The notes beneath the pieces are model-generated. The model had not been told where the DNA came from, searched no databases, and worked only from the letters and a program-made list of their open reading frames with translations. A program made the translations under genes and the position numbers. A stretch of DNA of 64,000 bases, taken from the NCBI GenBank assembly GCA_024225395.1, contig JAAEMR010000020.1:327-64326 (forward strand). Direction: 5' to 3'. Source of the stretch: Gammaproteobacteria bacterium. Lineage in GTDB: Bacteria > Pseudomonadota > Gammaproteobacteria > GCA-001735895. Position 1 is the first letter of the stretch; every line of letters starts with the position of its first letter. Below, one piece after another: positions 19,879 to 30,045 of the stretch.

Positions 19879-20742
19879 CTATGTCTCATTCCGCATCATC
19901 AGGGTGTAAAAAACCCAGCTAACCAGCAGCACGATAAAAAAGTAAATTAACGACATTGCGCCGGCATGTCCCAGGTCAAACTGACCCAATGCAATTTTCA
20001 CCAGATCAATCGACAGGAAGGTTGTCGTATTGCCCGGTCCACCACCTGTCAGCACAAAGGGTTCGGTATAAATATTGAAACTATCCATAAATCTAAGCAG
20101 TATGGCGATGGTCAGCACCCGTTTCATTTTAGGTAACTGGATACGCCAGAATACGGCCCAGTTACTCGCGCCATCTATCTTGGCCGCCTGATAATAGGCA
20201 TCTGGAATCGAAACCAGACCTGCATAAGCCAATAGCACAACCAGTGATGTCCAGTGCCAGACATCCATCATCACTGTTGTTATCCATGCAGCTATGGGAC
20301 CCTGAGTGAAGTTATAATCAATACCTATAGCATTAAGGCTATAACCCAGCAGCCCAATATCTGGAAGTGCAAATATATTCCACATGGCACCCACTACATT
20401 CCAGGGAATTAAAAGAGGCAGAGCCATTAAAATCAGGCAAACTGAAACCCACGGCCCTTTACGAGGCATGGCTAATGCAACAGCAATACCAAGTGGTATT
20501 TCTATTAACAATATAGTTCCGGTAAATGCCATTTGCCGCATAAAGGATTGATGAAAGCGCGGAGAGCTAAGTACTTCTTCAAACCATTTAGTGCCTTCCC
20601 AGAAAAACAGGTTATTGCCAAATGTATCCTGAACCGAATAATTCACCACTGTCATCAGTGGAATTAACGCATTAAATGCAACCAGAACGATGACTGGAAT
20701 AACAAACAGCCAGGCTTTTTGATTGGTGGTTTTATTTATCAT
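19879..20742 (-). CDS. ABC transporter permease (GlpP-like)
   Basis: 287 aa. EAA loop YYQAAKIDGASNWAVFWRIQLP. Confidence 0.85.
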   Translation of the reverse strand: MINKTTNQKAWLFVIPVIVLVAFNALIPLMTVVNYSVQDTFGNNLFFWEGTKWFEEVLSSPRFHQSFMRQMAFTGTILLIEIPLGIAVALAMPRKGPWVSVCLILMALPLLIPWNVVGAMWNIFALPDIGLLGYSLNAIGIDYNFTQGPIAAWITTVMMDVWHWTSLVVLLAYAGLVSIPDAYYQAAKIDGASNWAVFWRIQLPKMKRVLTIAILLRFMDSFNIYTEPFVLTGGGPGNTTTFLSIDLVKIALGQFDLGHAGAMSLIYFFIVLLVSWVFYTLMMRNET

Positions 20743-20758
20743 TTAAAATACCTCAATA

Positions 20759-21850
20759 TTAATCCACTACCCAGCTATCGGCATACAACATGGTTTTATC
20801 AGGATCAAAAATTATATGCGGGCTTATTGATGGAAGACTTTCTTGTTCAGGCAAAATAAGTTTAATTAAGTGATGCTCATGTTTAACTTCTACAATTCGA
20901 AATTTACCCAGGTCATTGACTCTAATTATTTCTACTGGAATCGCAGAAGCATCACCGTTTGAATTACCTTCAGCTGCGAAACGAATAAACTCCGGCCTGA
21001 TACCAATTTCAAGCTTACCCTGGAGTGTATTAATATCAGTATTTGCAGATGTTTTTATCGGGCAACCCTCAAACCCAATTTCACCATTGTTATTTTCGGC
21101 AGGTAAAATATTCATCCCGGGAGAACCAATAAAGTTACCCACAAAAGTATGTTTTGGACGTTCGAATAATTCAACAGGTGTACCCATTTGCACCACTAAT
21201 CCATCGTGCATAACCACCACCTGTTCTGCAAAGGTCAGAGCTTCTGTCTGATCATGCGTTACATAGATCATGGTAATTCCGAGACGTTGGTGTAATTCCT
21301 TTAACTTCGATCGTAGCTTCCATTTCAGATGGGGATCTATAACGGTTAAAGGCTCATCAAACATGATTGCACTAACATCTTTTCGAACCAGGCCTCGACC
21401 CAGAGAAATTTTCTGCTTGCCATCTGCGGTCAAACGAGCAGCTCGTTGTTGCAACGAATCTTCCAGTTCCAGCATCTGTGCAATTTCATGCACCCTGGGA
21501 ATAATTTCAGCCTCTTTAAACCCCCGGTTGCGTAACGGGAAAGCCAGGTTATCAAACACTGTCATGGTGTCATAAACGACGGGAAATTGAAAAACCTGAG
21601 CTATATTTCTATCACTGGTCGGCATGTTGGTGACATCGATATCATCAAATAAAATTTTGCCTTCAGAGGGTGTCAACAAACCTGAAATAATATTTAATAA
21701 GGTTGTTTTTCCACAGCCGGACGGTCCTAACAAAGCATATGACCCACCGTCTTCCCAGACTGAATTAATTTCTTTCAGCGCATAGTCAACCTTTCCCTGA
21801 GGAGTGGAACAGTAACTATGCCTTAACTGTTGTAGATTTATTCGTGCCAT
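20759..21850 (-). CDS. ABC transporter ATP-binding protein (GlpT-like)
   Basis: Walker A GPSGCGKTT, an LSLGRG-type signature region, Walker B IMFDEP, and a MalK-like C-terminal domain. Confidence 0.9.
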   Translation of the reverse strand: MARINLQQLRHSYCSTPQGKVDYALKEINSVWEDGGSYALLGPSGCGKTTLLNIISGLLTPSEGKILFDDIDVTNMPTSDRNIAQVFQFPVVYDTMTVFDNLAFPLRNRGFKEAEIIPRVHEIAQMLELEDSLQQRAARLTADGKQKISLGRGLVRKDVSAIMFDEPLTVIDPHLKWKLRSKLKELHQRLGITMIYVTHDQTEALTFAEQVVVMHDGLVVQMGTPVELFERPKHTFVGNFIGSPGMNILPAENNNGEIGFEGCPIKTSANTDINTLQGKLEIGIRPEFIRFAAEGNSNGDASAIPVEIIRVNDLGKFRIVEVKHEHHLIKLILPEQESLPSISPHIIFDPDKTMLYADSWVVD

Positions 21851-21891
21851 AGTAATAATTTCTATCTTTAAATAATTCTCAAATCAAATAT

Positions 21892-22959
21892 TTATACTGG
21901 AATCAAATCACCCTGCACATCAAAAAGCAGGCACTGATTTATATTCATAAACAAATCAATCGTTTCACCGACTTTATAAGGATGTATACCATGAGATTCG
22001 GAAACCCAGCTGCAATCTCCAAAAATGATATGGATAACAGAATCCGAGCCACTAATTTCTGTCACCTTAACCACACCCTTAACTCTGACCGCATTTTCAT
22101 CTGTACTAAATGGCGTTAAATGATGCGGACGAACACCCAGGATATAGTCTCCATCGGCTAAATTTTTAAGCCCTCCATCAATCTTGCAGCAGGAAATGTC
22201 CTGAATAAAAAGCTCATTTCCTTTTTTAATCACTTTAGTGGTATTGATTGGAGGATGCGAAAACACAGTTGCACTGGTTAGATTATTGGGTGAACGATAG
22301 ATCTCTGCCGTTTCTCCATATTGAATAACCCGGCCTTCGTGTAACGTGGCAGTATGACCTCCGAGCATTAAGGCTTCCATCGGTTCACTGGTGGCATAAA
22401 CCACGGTCGCCCCAGAACCCGCAAACAGTTTGGGTAATTCATCACGTAATTCTTCGCGTAATTTATAGTCCAGATTGGCCAGGGGTTCATCCAGCAAAAC
22501 CAGTTCAGCATTTTTAACCAGTGCACGTGCCAGGGCTGTTCGTTGCTGCTGCCCACCCGATAGCTCAGCGGGCATACGATTTAACATTGGCGTTAACTTG
22601 AGTAAATCAGCAATCGATTCTACTCGTTTTTTTATTTCAGATTTAGATACACCAGCTACTTTTAACGGGGAAGCAATATTGTCATACACACTGTGACTGG
22701 GGTAATTAACAAAAGCCTGGTACACCATCGACACGCTGCGTTTTTGCACAGCCATTCCTGTTACATTTTCCTCATTGAACCAGACCTCTCCCTGAGTCGG
22801 TTTTTCCAGCCCGGCCATTAAACGCATCAATGTGGTTTTACCAGACAAAGTCGTTCCCAGCAGAACGTTAAAACCTCCTTTGAGTAGTTTTAGGTTTGTT
22901 TCATAAATATGCGTCTCTGCATCTTTTGTTTTGACAACCCCTTTTAACTCTATGCTCAT
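21892..22959 (-). CDS. ABC transporter ATP-binding protein (GlpS-like)
   Basis: Walker A GTTLSGKTT, signature LSGGQQQR, Walker B VLLDEP. Confidence 0.9.
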   Translation of the reverse strand: MSIELKGVVKTKDAETHIYETNLKLLKGGFNVLLGTTLSGKTTLMRLMAGLEKPTQGEVWFNEENVTGMAVQKRSVSMVYQAFVNYPSHSVYDNIASPLKVAGVSKSEIKKRVESIADLLKLTPMLNRMPAELSGGQQQRTALARALVKNAELVLLDEPLANLDYKLREELRDELPKLFAGSGATVVYATSEPMEALMLGGHTATLHEGRVIQYGETAEIYRSPNNLTSATVFSHPPINTTKVIKKGNELFIQDISCCKIDGGLKNLADGDYILGVRPHHLTPFSTDENAVRVKGVVKVTEISGSDSVIHIIFGDCSWVSESHGIHPYKVGETIDLFMNINQCLLFDVQGDLIPV

Positions 22960-22967
22960 TTTGTTTC

Positions 22968-23756
22968 TTAACTCACAACTGTTGTTTTGATAACTACATT
23001 ATGTTCATTGCAAACACTGATAAAATTAGCAGGTGGTTTTTCATCAGTGATAAAATAATCAATTTCAGCAACGTTGCACACACGTACAGAAGCTTTACGC
23101 TGAAATTTTAATTCATCCGCAACCAGAATAACTGAGCGGGAATTTCTAATAATGGCCTGGGTTACACAAACTTCACGACTATCAAAGTCGAGTATTGTGC
23201 CATCCTCTTCAATGGCTGACACACCAATAATGGCGTAATCCAGTTTGAACTTATCTATAAAATCTGTTGCCGACTCTCCAACAATTCCGCCATCTTCACT
23301 TCTCACGGTTCCACCGGCTGTCATCACATTTATATTTTTATTTCTACGTAAAATATTAACGACATTTAAATTATTGGTCACGACCAGTAGACCCAGGTGC
23401 CCCATCAAATGCATGGCGACCTGTTCGGTTGTAGTTCCAATATTTATAAATAGAGAAGAGTCATTCGATATCAATTCAGCAGTGACTTTACCTATGTCCG
23501 ATTTACTTGGTGCTGCCATTTTTGAACGTGCTTCATAACCCAGATTCTCAATACCATCAAAAGCGATGGCTCCACCATGTACACGCTGTAATAAGCGTAT
23601 TCTGCATAATTCACTCAAGTCCCGACGGATAGTTTGTGGCGTAACCTGAAGCTCTTCTGCAATAGGCTCAACCAGAACTCGCCCTTCACGCCTTGCGATA
23701 TCAAGGATGGTTTGCTGACGTAAAGATAAATTTGGATTTTTGTGAAGCTCTCTCAT
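22968..23756 (-). CDS. glpR: DeoR-family transcriptional repressor, GlpR-like
   Basis: 262 aa. N-terminal HTH LQVTPQTIRRDLSEL and a DeoR C-terminal sensor domain. Heads the glycerol transporter-glpD-glpK operon. Confidence 0.85.
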   Translation of the reverse strand: MRELHKNPNLSLRQQTILDIARREGRVLVEPIAEELQVTPQTIRRDLSELCRIRLLQRVHGGAIAFDGIENLGYEARSKMAAPSKSDIGKVTAELISNDSSLFINIGTTTEQVAMHLMGHLGLLVVTNNLNVVNILRRNKNINVMTAGGTVRSEDGGIVGESATDFIDKFKLDYAIIGVSAIEEDGTILDFDSREVCVTQAIIRNSRSVILVADELKFQRKASVRVCNVAEIDYFITDEKPPANFISVCNEHNVVIKTTVVS

Positions 23757-23808
23757 TGATATTTATATAAATCCTGAAAGCAGTCAGTCAGTATGTAACT
23801 ATTCAGCG

Positions 23809-23845
23809 AAAAAACAATATGCGGAGGCACATCCTTTGTGCCTCC
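23809..23845 (-). terminator. Hairpin terminator downstream of the glycerol-binding protein gene
   Basis: GGAGGCACA...TGTGCCTCC 9-bp stem followed, on the minus strand, by gcatattgTTTTTT. Confidence 0.5.
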
Positions 23846-23861
23846 AGCTTAAGGTGACTAT

Positions 23862-25601
23862 TTAGCTTTTACTCCAACGTTTTATAAGCTCGTCATAGTC
23901 GATGGTCTCTCCCTTTGGTTTTTCATTTGAAAGTTTGGCTTTAGGTGAGCCTGACTTATTCAACCAGTAAGAAGCTTCTCTGGGTTCATTCAACCTTGGA
24001 CCACAACCACCATACACTTTTGCTTTTTCATCGGCAGATTGCATACGAGCCATAACCTGATCCATTTCTGAGGCTAAACGATCCATTGCCTGTTGAGGTG
24101 TGAATACACCAGAGTTAACGTCACCAATTTGCTGCCACCAGATCTGGGCAAGCTTGGGATAATCGGGAACATTAACACCTGTTGGAGACCAGCGAACACG
24201 ATCAGGTGAACGATAGAATTCAACCAGACCACCAAGGTCAGCAGCACGTGTTGTAAAAGAATCATCATTAATTGTACTTTCACGAATGAAGGTTAAACCA
24301 ACATGGCTCTTTTTAACATCAAGAGTCTTGGAAACCACAAATTGTGCATACAACCAGGCCGCCTTACGACGATCAACAGGAGTAGACTTGAACAGTGTCC
24401 ACGAACCGGCATCCTGATAACCCAGTTTCTGACCTTCTTTCCAGTAAGGTCCATGAGGAGATGGAGCCATGCGCCATAGTGGTTTACCTGCCTTGTCGAC
24501 AGTATTATTACCTTTCGACTGAGGTTCAACCATGGAAGAAGTAAACGCGGTATACCAGAAAATCTGTTGCGCTACATTACCCTGAGATAAAGCAGGAAGT
24601 GATTGATAGAAGTCATAACTGGCCGCACCGGGAGGTGCATATTGGCGTAGCCATTCATCCCACTTACGAATCGCATAAACAGCAGCAGGCGCATTGGTTG
24701 CACCACCACGAGTAACTGAAGCACCGACAGGATTACAGCTACCATTTTCCATGCGAATACCCCATTCATCGACAGGCACACCATTTGGTAAACCTTTACT
24801 GCCGGCACCGGCCATGGATAACCAGGCATCGGTCATACGCCAACCAAGGTCAGGAGCACGTTTACCGTAATCCATATGTCCATAGATGCGAGTACCATCG
24901 ATTTCCTTAACATGAACACTGAAAAATTCAGCAATATCTTCGTAAGCAGACCAGTTAACCGGTACGCCTAATTTATAACCGTAGATATCTTTAAATTTTT
25001 TCTGTAAATCTGAACGATCAAACCAGTCTTTGCGAAACCAGTACAGGTTTGCAAACTGTTGATCCGGTAACTGGTACAACTTTCCATCCGGACCTGTTGT
25101 AAATGACTTACCGATAAAGTCATCGATATCGAGCATCGGGTTAGTGACACCTTTACCTTCTCCTGCCATCCAGTCCGACAGGTTGACGGCCAGTTGAAGT
25201 CGAGAGTGGGTTCCGATTAAATCAGAGTCGTTAATATAGGCATCATACAAATTACGTTTGGTTTGCATCTGTGTTTGCACGGCCTGAACCACTTCACCTT
25301 CACCCAGTAACTGGTGATTAACCTTGATTCCGGTAATTTCTTCAAATGCTTTGGTCAGTGTTTTAGACTCATATTCATGCGTGGGAATGGTTTCCGACAG
25401 CACGTTAATTTCCATGCCTTTAAAAGGAGCAGCAGCTTTAACAAACCACTCCATTTCTTTTTGCTGTTCAGACTTCGATAAAGCTGATGGTTGAAATTCA
25501 TCATTTATCCACTTATTTGCTGCATTCATATCAGCAAATGCAACGGGTTGAAAAGATAAAAATCCGACGGCTATAACAAGTGGTAATCGTCGTATCATCA
25601 C
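23862..25601 (-). CDS. Large periplasmic solute-binding protein of the glycerol ABC importer (GlpV-like)
   Basis: 579 aa with signal peptide MMIRRLPLVIAVGFLSFQPVAFA. AGGAGG Shine-Dalgarno. Family-1 extracellular solute-binding protein features. Confidence 0.85.
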   Translation of the reverse strand: MMIRRLPLVIAVGFLSFQPVAFADMNAANKWINDEFQPSALSKSEQQKEMEWFVKAAAPFKGMEINVLSETIPTHEYESKTLTKAFEEITGIKVNHQLLGEGEVVQAVQTQMQTKRNLYDAYINDSDLIGTHSRLQLAVNLSDWMAGEGKGVTNPMLDIDDFIGKSFTTGPDGKLYQLPDQQFANLYWFRKDWFDRSDLQKKFKDIYGYKLGVPVNWSAYEDIAEFFSVHVKEIDGTRIYGHMDYGKRAPDLGWRMTDAWLSMAGAGSKGLPNGVPVDEWGIRMENGSCNPVGASVTRGGATNAPAAVYAIRKWDEWLRQYAPPGAASYDFYQSLPALSQGNVAQQIFWYTAFTSSMVEPQSKGNNTVDKAGKPLWRMAPSPHGPYWKEGQKLGYQDAGSWTLFKSTPVDRRKAAWLYAQFVVSKTLDVKKSHVGLTFIRESTINDDSFTTRAADLGGLVEFYRSPDRVRWSPTGVNVPDYPKLAQIWWQQIGDVNSGVFTPQQAMDRLASEMDQVMARMQSADEKAKVYGGCGPRLNEPREASYWLNKSGSPKAKLSNEKPKGETIDYDELIKRWSKS

Positions 25602-25650
25602 GTATTCCTCCTGATTAATTATGGTTTGGGGCTCAAAATACTACTCTTTT

Positions 25651-25720
25651 AATGTTCACTTGCAAGATTTTTTTTGATCAAGCGAACATTTATTTGATCT
25701 AAACGAATATTAGGTTCAAT
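25651..25720. promoter_or_regulatory. Candidate GlpR operator half-sites in the divergent glpV / glpCAB control region
   Basis: aATGTTCAc (25652), GCGAACATT (25682), aaACGAAtat (25701) and aGGTTCAat (25711) resemble the TGTTCG / CGAACA half-sites of enterobacterial GlpR operators. Confidence 0.4.
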
Positions 25721-25814
25721 ATTGCACAATAGTTATCCATCCTTGGAAAATGGATATAAATTTTACTCATCTGAGAAATATAAAACATGTCAATTCAATG
25801 GATTTAGAATAGCA

Positions 25815-27095
25815 ATGAATATCATAGATTTTAAAGCCAGGGCTGAGGAGTTATTGCCGGAAGGCGCAAACTACGATGCCTGCCTGGCTTGTGGACTTTG
25901 TGCATCAGGTTGCCCTGCATCGGGTTTTGATGGCATGGATCCACGACGCTTTATTCGTATGGCCATGCTCGGCATGAATGAAGAGCTGAGCACCACACCC
26001 TGGGTATGGACCTGCACCCAGTGCCAACGTTGCGCTCAGGTATGTCCAATGAATATTGATGTATCCGTTTTAGTAGGCGTCGCTCGAAGCGCCTGGCCCA
26101 AAGACAAAAAACCCAAAGGCATCGTGCGCTCCTGTGAAGCCCAGATGCGCTTTGAGGGCACCAGCGCCATGGGGCTGCAAACTGAAGATTTCGTTGAAAT
26201 CATTGAGGAAACTGCTGAAGAAATTCGTGAAGACTCTGTACAGTTTAAATCCCTGCAAGCACCTATGAATAAGAAAGGCGCGCATTTCTTTGTCAATCAA
26301 AACTCTCGTGAACCGGCAACAGAACCCGAAGAACTGGGCCCCTTATGGAAAATTTTCGATTATGTCGGCGCCGACTGGACCTACGCTTCAAAAGGCTGGG
26401 CAGCTGAAAATTTCTGCATGTTTACCGGTGATGATGATTCATGGGAGAAAATGGTTAAACAACGCGTTGATGCAGTGAATGAACTGGGCTGCGATGTCTG
26501 GCTAAATACCGAGTGCGGGCATTCTTTTTATACGCTGTGGAAAGGAGTTGAACGTTTTAATCTACAGGCTAATTTTGAACCCGATAGCCTGGTTACTTAT
26601 TACGCTAAATGGATCAGAGAAGGCAAACTTCCGGTCAACTCAGACTGGAATCGTCAGGGACTTAAATTCACTCTACAGGACCCCTGTCAGTTGGTTCGAA
26701 AATCCATCGGTGATCCCGCTGCTGATGACCTGCGTTACGTTACCCGAAAACTGGTCGGTGATGAAAATTTCATTGATATGCAACCTTGTCGAAGTGCCAA
26801 CTATTGTTGCGGTGGTGGTGGTGGCTTTCTACAGGCCGGTATGAATGAACAGCGCAGAGCTTATGGAAAACGAAAATTTGACCAGATACAAACTACCGAA
26901 GCAGATTATGTATTAACACCCTGCCATAATTGCCATTCTCAGATTGAAGACATCGGAGGTCACTTTGGAGGCAACTATCGAGTGGTTCATTTATGGACCT
27001 TGATTTGTCTCTCGCTCGGCATTTTAGGCGAAAACGAACGAAAATACCTGGGACCGGATCTGGCCAAAATTGGTTTAGCGGGAGATAATGAATAA
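25815..27095 (+). CDS. glpC: Anaerobic glycerol-3-phosphate dehydrogenase subunit C (Fe-S, CCG-domain protein); start revised to ATG 25815
   Basis: Ferredoxin motifs CLACGLCASGCP and CTQCQRCAQVCP. C-terminal cysteine-rich CCG-type motifs (NYCCGGGGG, TPCHNCH). Confidence 0.8.
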   Translation: MNIIDFKARAEELLPEGANYDACLACGLCASGCPASGFDGMDPRRFIRMAMLGMNEELSTTPWVWTCTQCQRCAQVCPMNIDVSVLVGVARSAWPKDKKPKGIVRSCEAQMRFEGTSAMGLQTEDFVEIIEETAEEIREDSVQFKSLQAPMNKKGAHFFVNQNSREPATEPEELGPLWKIFDYVGADWTYASKGWAAENFCMFTGDDDSWEKMVKQRVDAVNELGCDVWLNTECGHSFYTLWKGVERFNLQANFEPDSLVTYYAKWIREGKLPVNSDWNRQGLKFTLQDPCQLVRKSIGDPAADDLRYVTRKLVGDENFIDMQPCRSANYCCGGGGGFLQAGMNEQRRAYGKRKFDQIQTTEADYVLTPCHNCHSQIEDIGGHFGGNYRVVHLWTLICLSLGILGENERKYLGPDLAKIGLAGDNE

Positions 27096-28735
27096 TGTCG
27101 AATAAAGCTGGCCTGCTCGAACTTGAAACAGAAGTCCTGATCATTGGTGGCGGAGTAACGGGTACCGGTGTCATGCGTGACCTGGCTTTGCGTGGAATAT
27201 CCTGCCTGTTGATTGACCGTAAAGATTTAAATGCCGGTGCATCCGGTGGCAATCATGGCCTGCTACACAGCGGAGGACGATACGCGACTTCTGATTGCGA
27301 AACAGCCGCCGAGTGTCGCATAGAAGGTGAAATTTTGAAGAGCATTGCTGCAGATGCTGTTGACCCCTGTGGCGGAATCTTTGCCGCAGTAGAGGGTGAC
27401 GACCCCGACTTCGCAGAAAAATTCCCACAACATTGCGAACGAGCTGGTATCTCCTGTACCGAGTTAACTAACACTGAAGCAAGACAGCTGGAACCCGCAC
27501 TAAGTGACAGGGTTTTTGCTGCGTTTCAGGTACCCGATGCCAGCATTGACCCCTTTCGTCTTACACTGGCTAATGTGCAACATGCTAAACAAATAAACGA
27601 TAGTGATTATTTGCCCCACACGCAGGTAATCAGTTTCGAGATCACAGACGGCGAAATTACCAGTGCTATCTGCCAGGATCATCGAAGTGGATCAATTTTA
27701 AAAATTCGTGCCAGACAGTTTGTTAACGCTACGGGCGCCTGGGCCAAAATGGTCGCAGAACTGGCAGATTGTCATGATGTCAACCTGCTGTACTCAAAAG
27801 GCAGCTTAATTATTAGTAATACGCGCATCACACAGGGTGTGGTTAACCGTCTGCGACCTCCTGGTGATGGAGACATTGTGGTTCCCGGCGGAACCGTTTC
27901 TCTGCTTGGCACCACATCCGACAGCATAGATAATCTGGATAAAATTCGTCCCTCCGTTGCTGAAGTCGATCGAATACTCAAACAGGGCACAGCGCTTATT
28001 CCCGGCCTTGAAACAACCCGGTTCATTCGTGCTTTCGCAGGTGTCAGACCCTTGTTAATGTCATCCGGTGCAGCACAGGACGGGCGCAGGGCGAGTCGGG
28101 GTTTTACTCTTTACGACCATCAACAACAGGGGCTGTCTAACTTTGCCACCATCGCAGGAGGAAAGCTGACCACCTATCGCCTGATGGCTGAAAAAACCGG
28201 CGATTTAGTTGCTAAACGACTGAACAATAGCAATCCATGCCGGACAGCTGAATTAACCTTGCCGACCGATGAAGGCGTTCGCTGGACCGAACCGGGTTAC
28301 TCCGCACGACACTGGTTTAAACACAGCAATGCCAGCGATTTAATTCTGTGTGAATGCGAAATGGTTCCACAGTCAGCGGTCGATAAAGTCATCAAACTGG
28401 CTCCCGGAGCAGAAGATGAAATGACTGTTCAGGCCATAGGTTTACGCAGCCGCATTGGAAAAGGAACCTGCCAGGGTGCTTTTTGCAGCATGCGCGTGAC
28501 ATCACATCTTTATGATCAACATATCTATAATAATCGCGATGGTCTCAGGCATATGCGTGATTTTGTCGGGGGACGTTTCAAGGGCATTAAACCCATTTTA
28601 TGGGGCGAACAAATGCCACAATTTGAATTAGCCGAAACCATGCATTGCGGTTTAATGGGGCTGGATTTTTTTGAACCGGAACTTCCGAAAAGTGACGACC
28701 AGGTGAAATCAGAAAATTCGGAGTCCAGCTCATGA
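27095..28735 (+). CDS. glpA: Anaerobic glycerol-3-phosphate dehydrogenase subunit A
   Basis: 546 aa. VLIIGGGVTGTGVMRDLALRG FAD fold and a C-terminal BFD-like Cys cluster (CECE...GTCQGAFC). ATG overlaps the glpC stop. Confidence 0.9.
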   Translation: MSNKAGLLELETEVLIIGGGVTGTGVMRDLALRGISCLLIDRKDLNAGASGGNHGLLHSGGRYATSDCETAAECRIEGEILKSIAADAVDPCGGIFAAVEGDDPDFAEKFPQHCERAGISCTELTNTEARQLEPALSDRVFAAFQVPDASIDPFRLTLANVQHAKQINDSDYLPHTQVISFEITDGEITSAICQDHRSGSILKIRARQFVNATGAWAKMVAELADCHDVNLLYSKGSLIISNTRITQGVVNRLRPPGDGDIVVPGGTVSLLGTTSDSIDNLDKIRPSVAEVDRILKQGTALIPGLETTRFIRAFAGVRPLLMSSGAAQDGRRASRGFTLYDHQQQGLSNFATIAGGKLTTYRLMAEKTGDLVAKRLNNSNPCRTAELTLPTDEGVRWTEPGYSARHWFKHSNASDLILCECEMVPQSAVDKVIKLAPGAEDEMTVQAIGLRSRIGKGTCQGAFCSMRVTSHLYDQHIYNNRDGLRHMRDFVGGRFKGIKPILWGEQMPQFELAETMHCGLMGLDFFEPELPKSDDQVKSENSESSS

Positions 28736-29997
28736 TCAAAAAAACACGACAATATAAATCCGAGCTGGCAGTTGTCGGGGCAGGCATTGCCGGTTGTGCG
28801 GTCACTGTCTTCGCCCAGGCTCGAGGTATCCAGACTACTCAAATTGGTAATAGCGGTGCTCTCGCCTATACCTCCGGTTATTTTGATTTACTCGGCGCCG
28901 ATAGCTCTGAATACCTCAAAGATCCATGGGCAGGATTAGCGCAACTACGGGAGAGCGAACCCGATCATCCCTATAGCAAATTAACCGACCAGGATCTGCG
29001 CGACTCACTTGATGAGTTTATTACTGCCCTGAAAAAAATGGGACTCAGTTACAGTTCACCTGGAGAAAAAAACCACCTGGCCATGTTACCGGCAGGTGCC
29101 TGTAAACCGACTTTTTGCCTGCCTGAGACCATGTTTAAAGGAACACTGGCCATGACATCCAGAGCTAAGGTTCTGATCATTGACTTTGTTGGTTTGCAGG
29201 GATTTAGTGCACAGGAGATTGTGGCAAATTTAAAATCACAGTGGCCCCAATTACGAGCTGAACGCATGATATTTCCGGAGATGGAGTCCGGCGCACAGAT
29301 TTTTCCCGAAGTCATGGCCCGGGCACTTGAAGTTCCAGCGACTCGTGAAGAGTTTGCCAGACGATTAAAGGATATTGTTGAAGACGCAGAGTACATTGCT
29401 ATGCCCGCGATGCTTGGCATTCATCGACCTGACTTTATCCACAGTGAAATGGAAAAACTGCTGGGCTTGCCGATATTTGAAATTCCGACCATTCCACCGG
29501 CTGTAGCAGGCATTCGCCTGCGTGAACTATTTGAACAAAAATTACCAGCCCTCGGGGCAACTGTCATCTCTCAACATAAAGTTCAACGCATAGAATTTGA
29601 AAATAAGTCCATTCGATTATACCTGCAGGACAGCTATGGCCCTGTAGAAATTGAAGCCGAAAAACTTGTTCTAGCCAGTGGCAGATTCCTGTCAGGAGGC
29701 TTGACCGCCGATCAGCAGGAAGTAAAAGAACCCCTGATAGATTTACCTGTTCAACAACCGGATGGTCGCGAAAACTGGTTTTGTGAATCCTACTTCGATT
29801 CGGCAGGACATGCTGTTAATCGATCAGGTATTGTGGTTAATGAAAAATTTCAACCGCTTGATTTTAAGGGTCGTGTAATTGATAAACGACTCTACGCTGC
29901 TGGAATTTTATTAGCCAATCAGGACTGGATTCGTCAACGTTGCGGGGCAGGGCTTGCCATCGCTACGGCTTATAAAGCCGTAAAAAGTTTGTCATAA
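28732..29997 (+). CDS. glpB: Anaerobic glycerol-3-phosphate dehydrogenase subunit B
   Basis: 421 aa. LAVVGAGIAGCAV dinucleotide motif. Overlaps the glpA stop by 4 nt. Confidence 0.8.
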   Translation: MIKKTRQYKSELAVVGAGIAGCAVTVFAQARGIQTTQIGNSGALAYTSGYFDLLGADSSEYLKDPWAGLAQLRESEPDHPYSKLTDQDLRDSLDEFITALKKMGLSYSSPGEKNHLAMLPAGACKPTFCLPETMFKGTLAMTSRAKVLIIDFVGLQGFSAQEIVANLKSQWPQLRAERMIFPEMESGAQIFPEVMARALEVPATREEFARRLKDIVEDAEYIAMPAMLGIHRPDFIHSEMEKLLGLPIFEIPTIPPAVAGIRLRELFEQKLPALGATVISQHKVQRIEFENKSIRLYLQDSYGPVEIEAEKLVLASGRFLSGGLTADQQEVKEPLIDLPVQQPDGRENWFCESYFDSAGHAVNRSGIVVNEKFQPLDFKGRVIDKRLYAAGILLANQDWIRQRCGAGLAIATAYKAVKSLS

Positions 29998-30045
29998 AGC
30001 AGTTAGTAAAAAGTTGTATCGGCACTCATCGATCTATCCGCTCGA

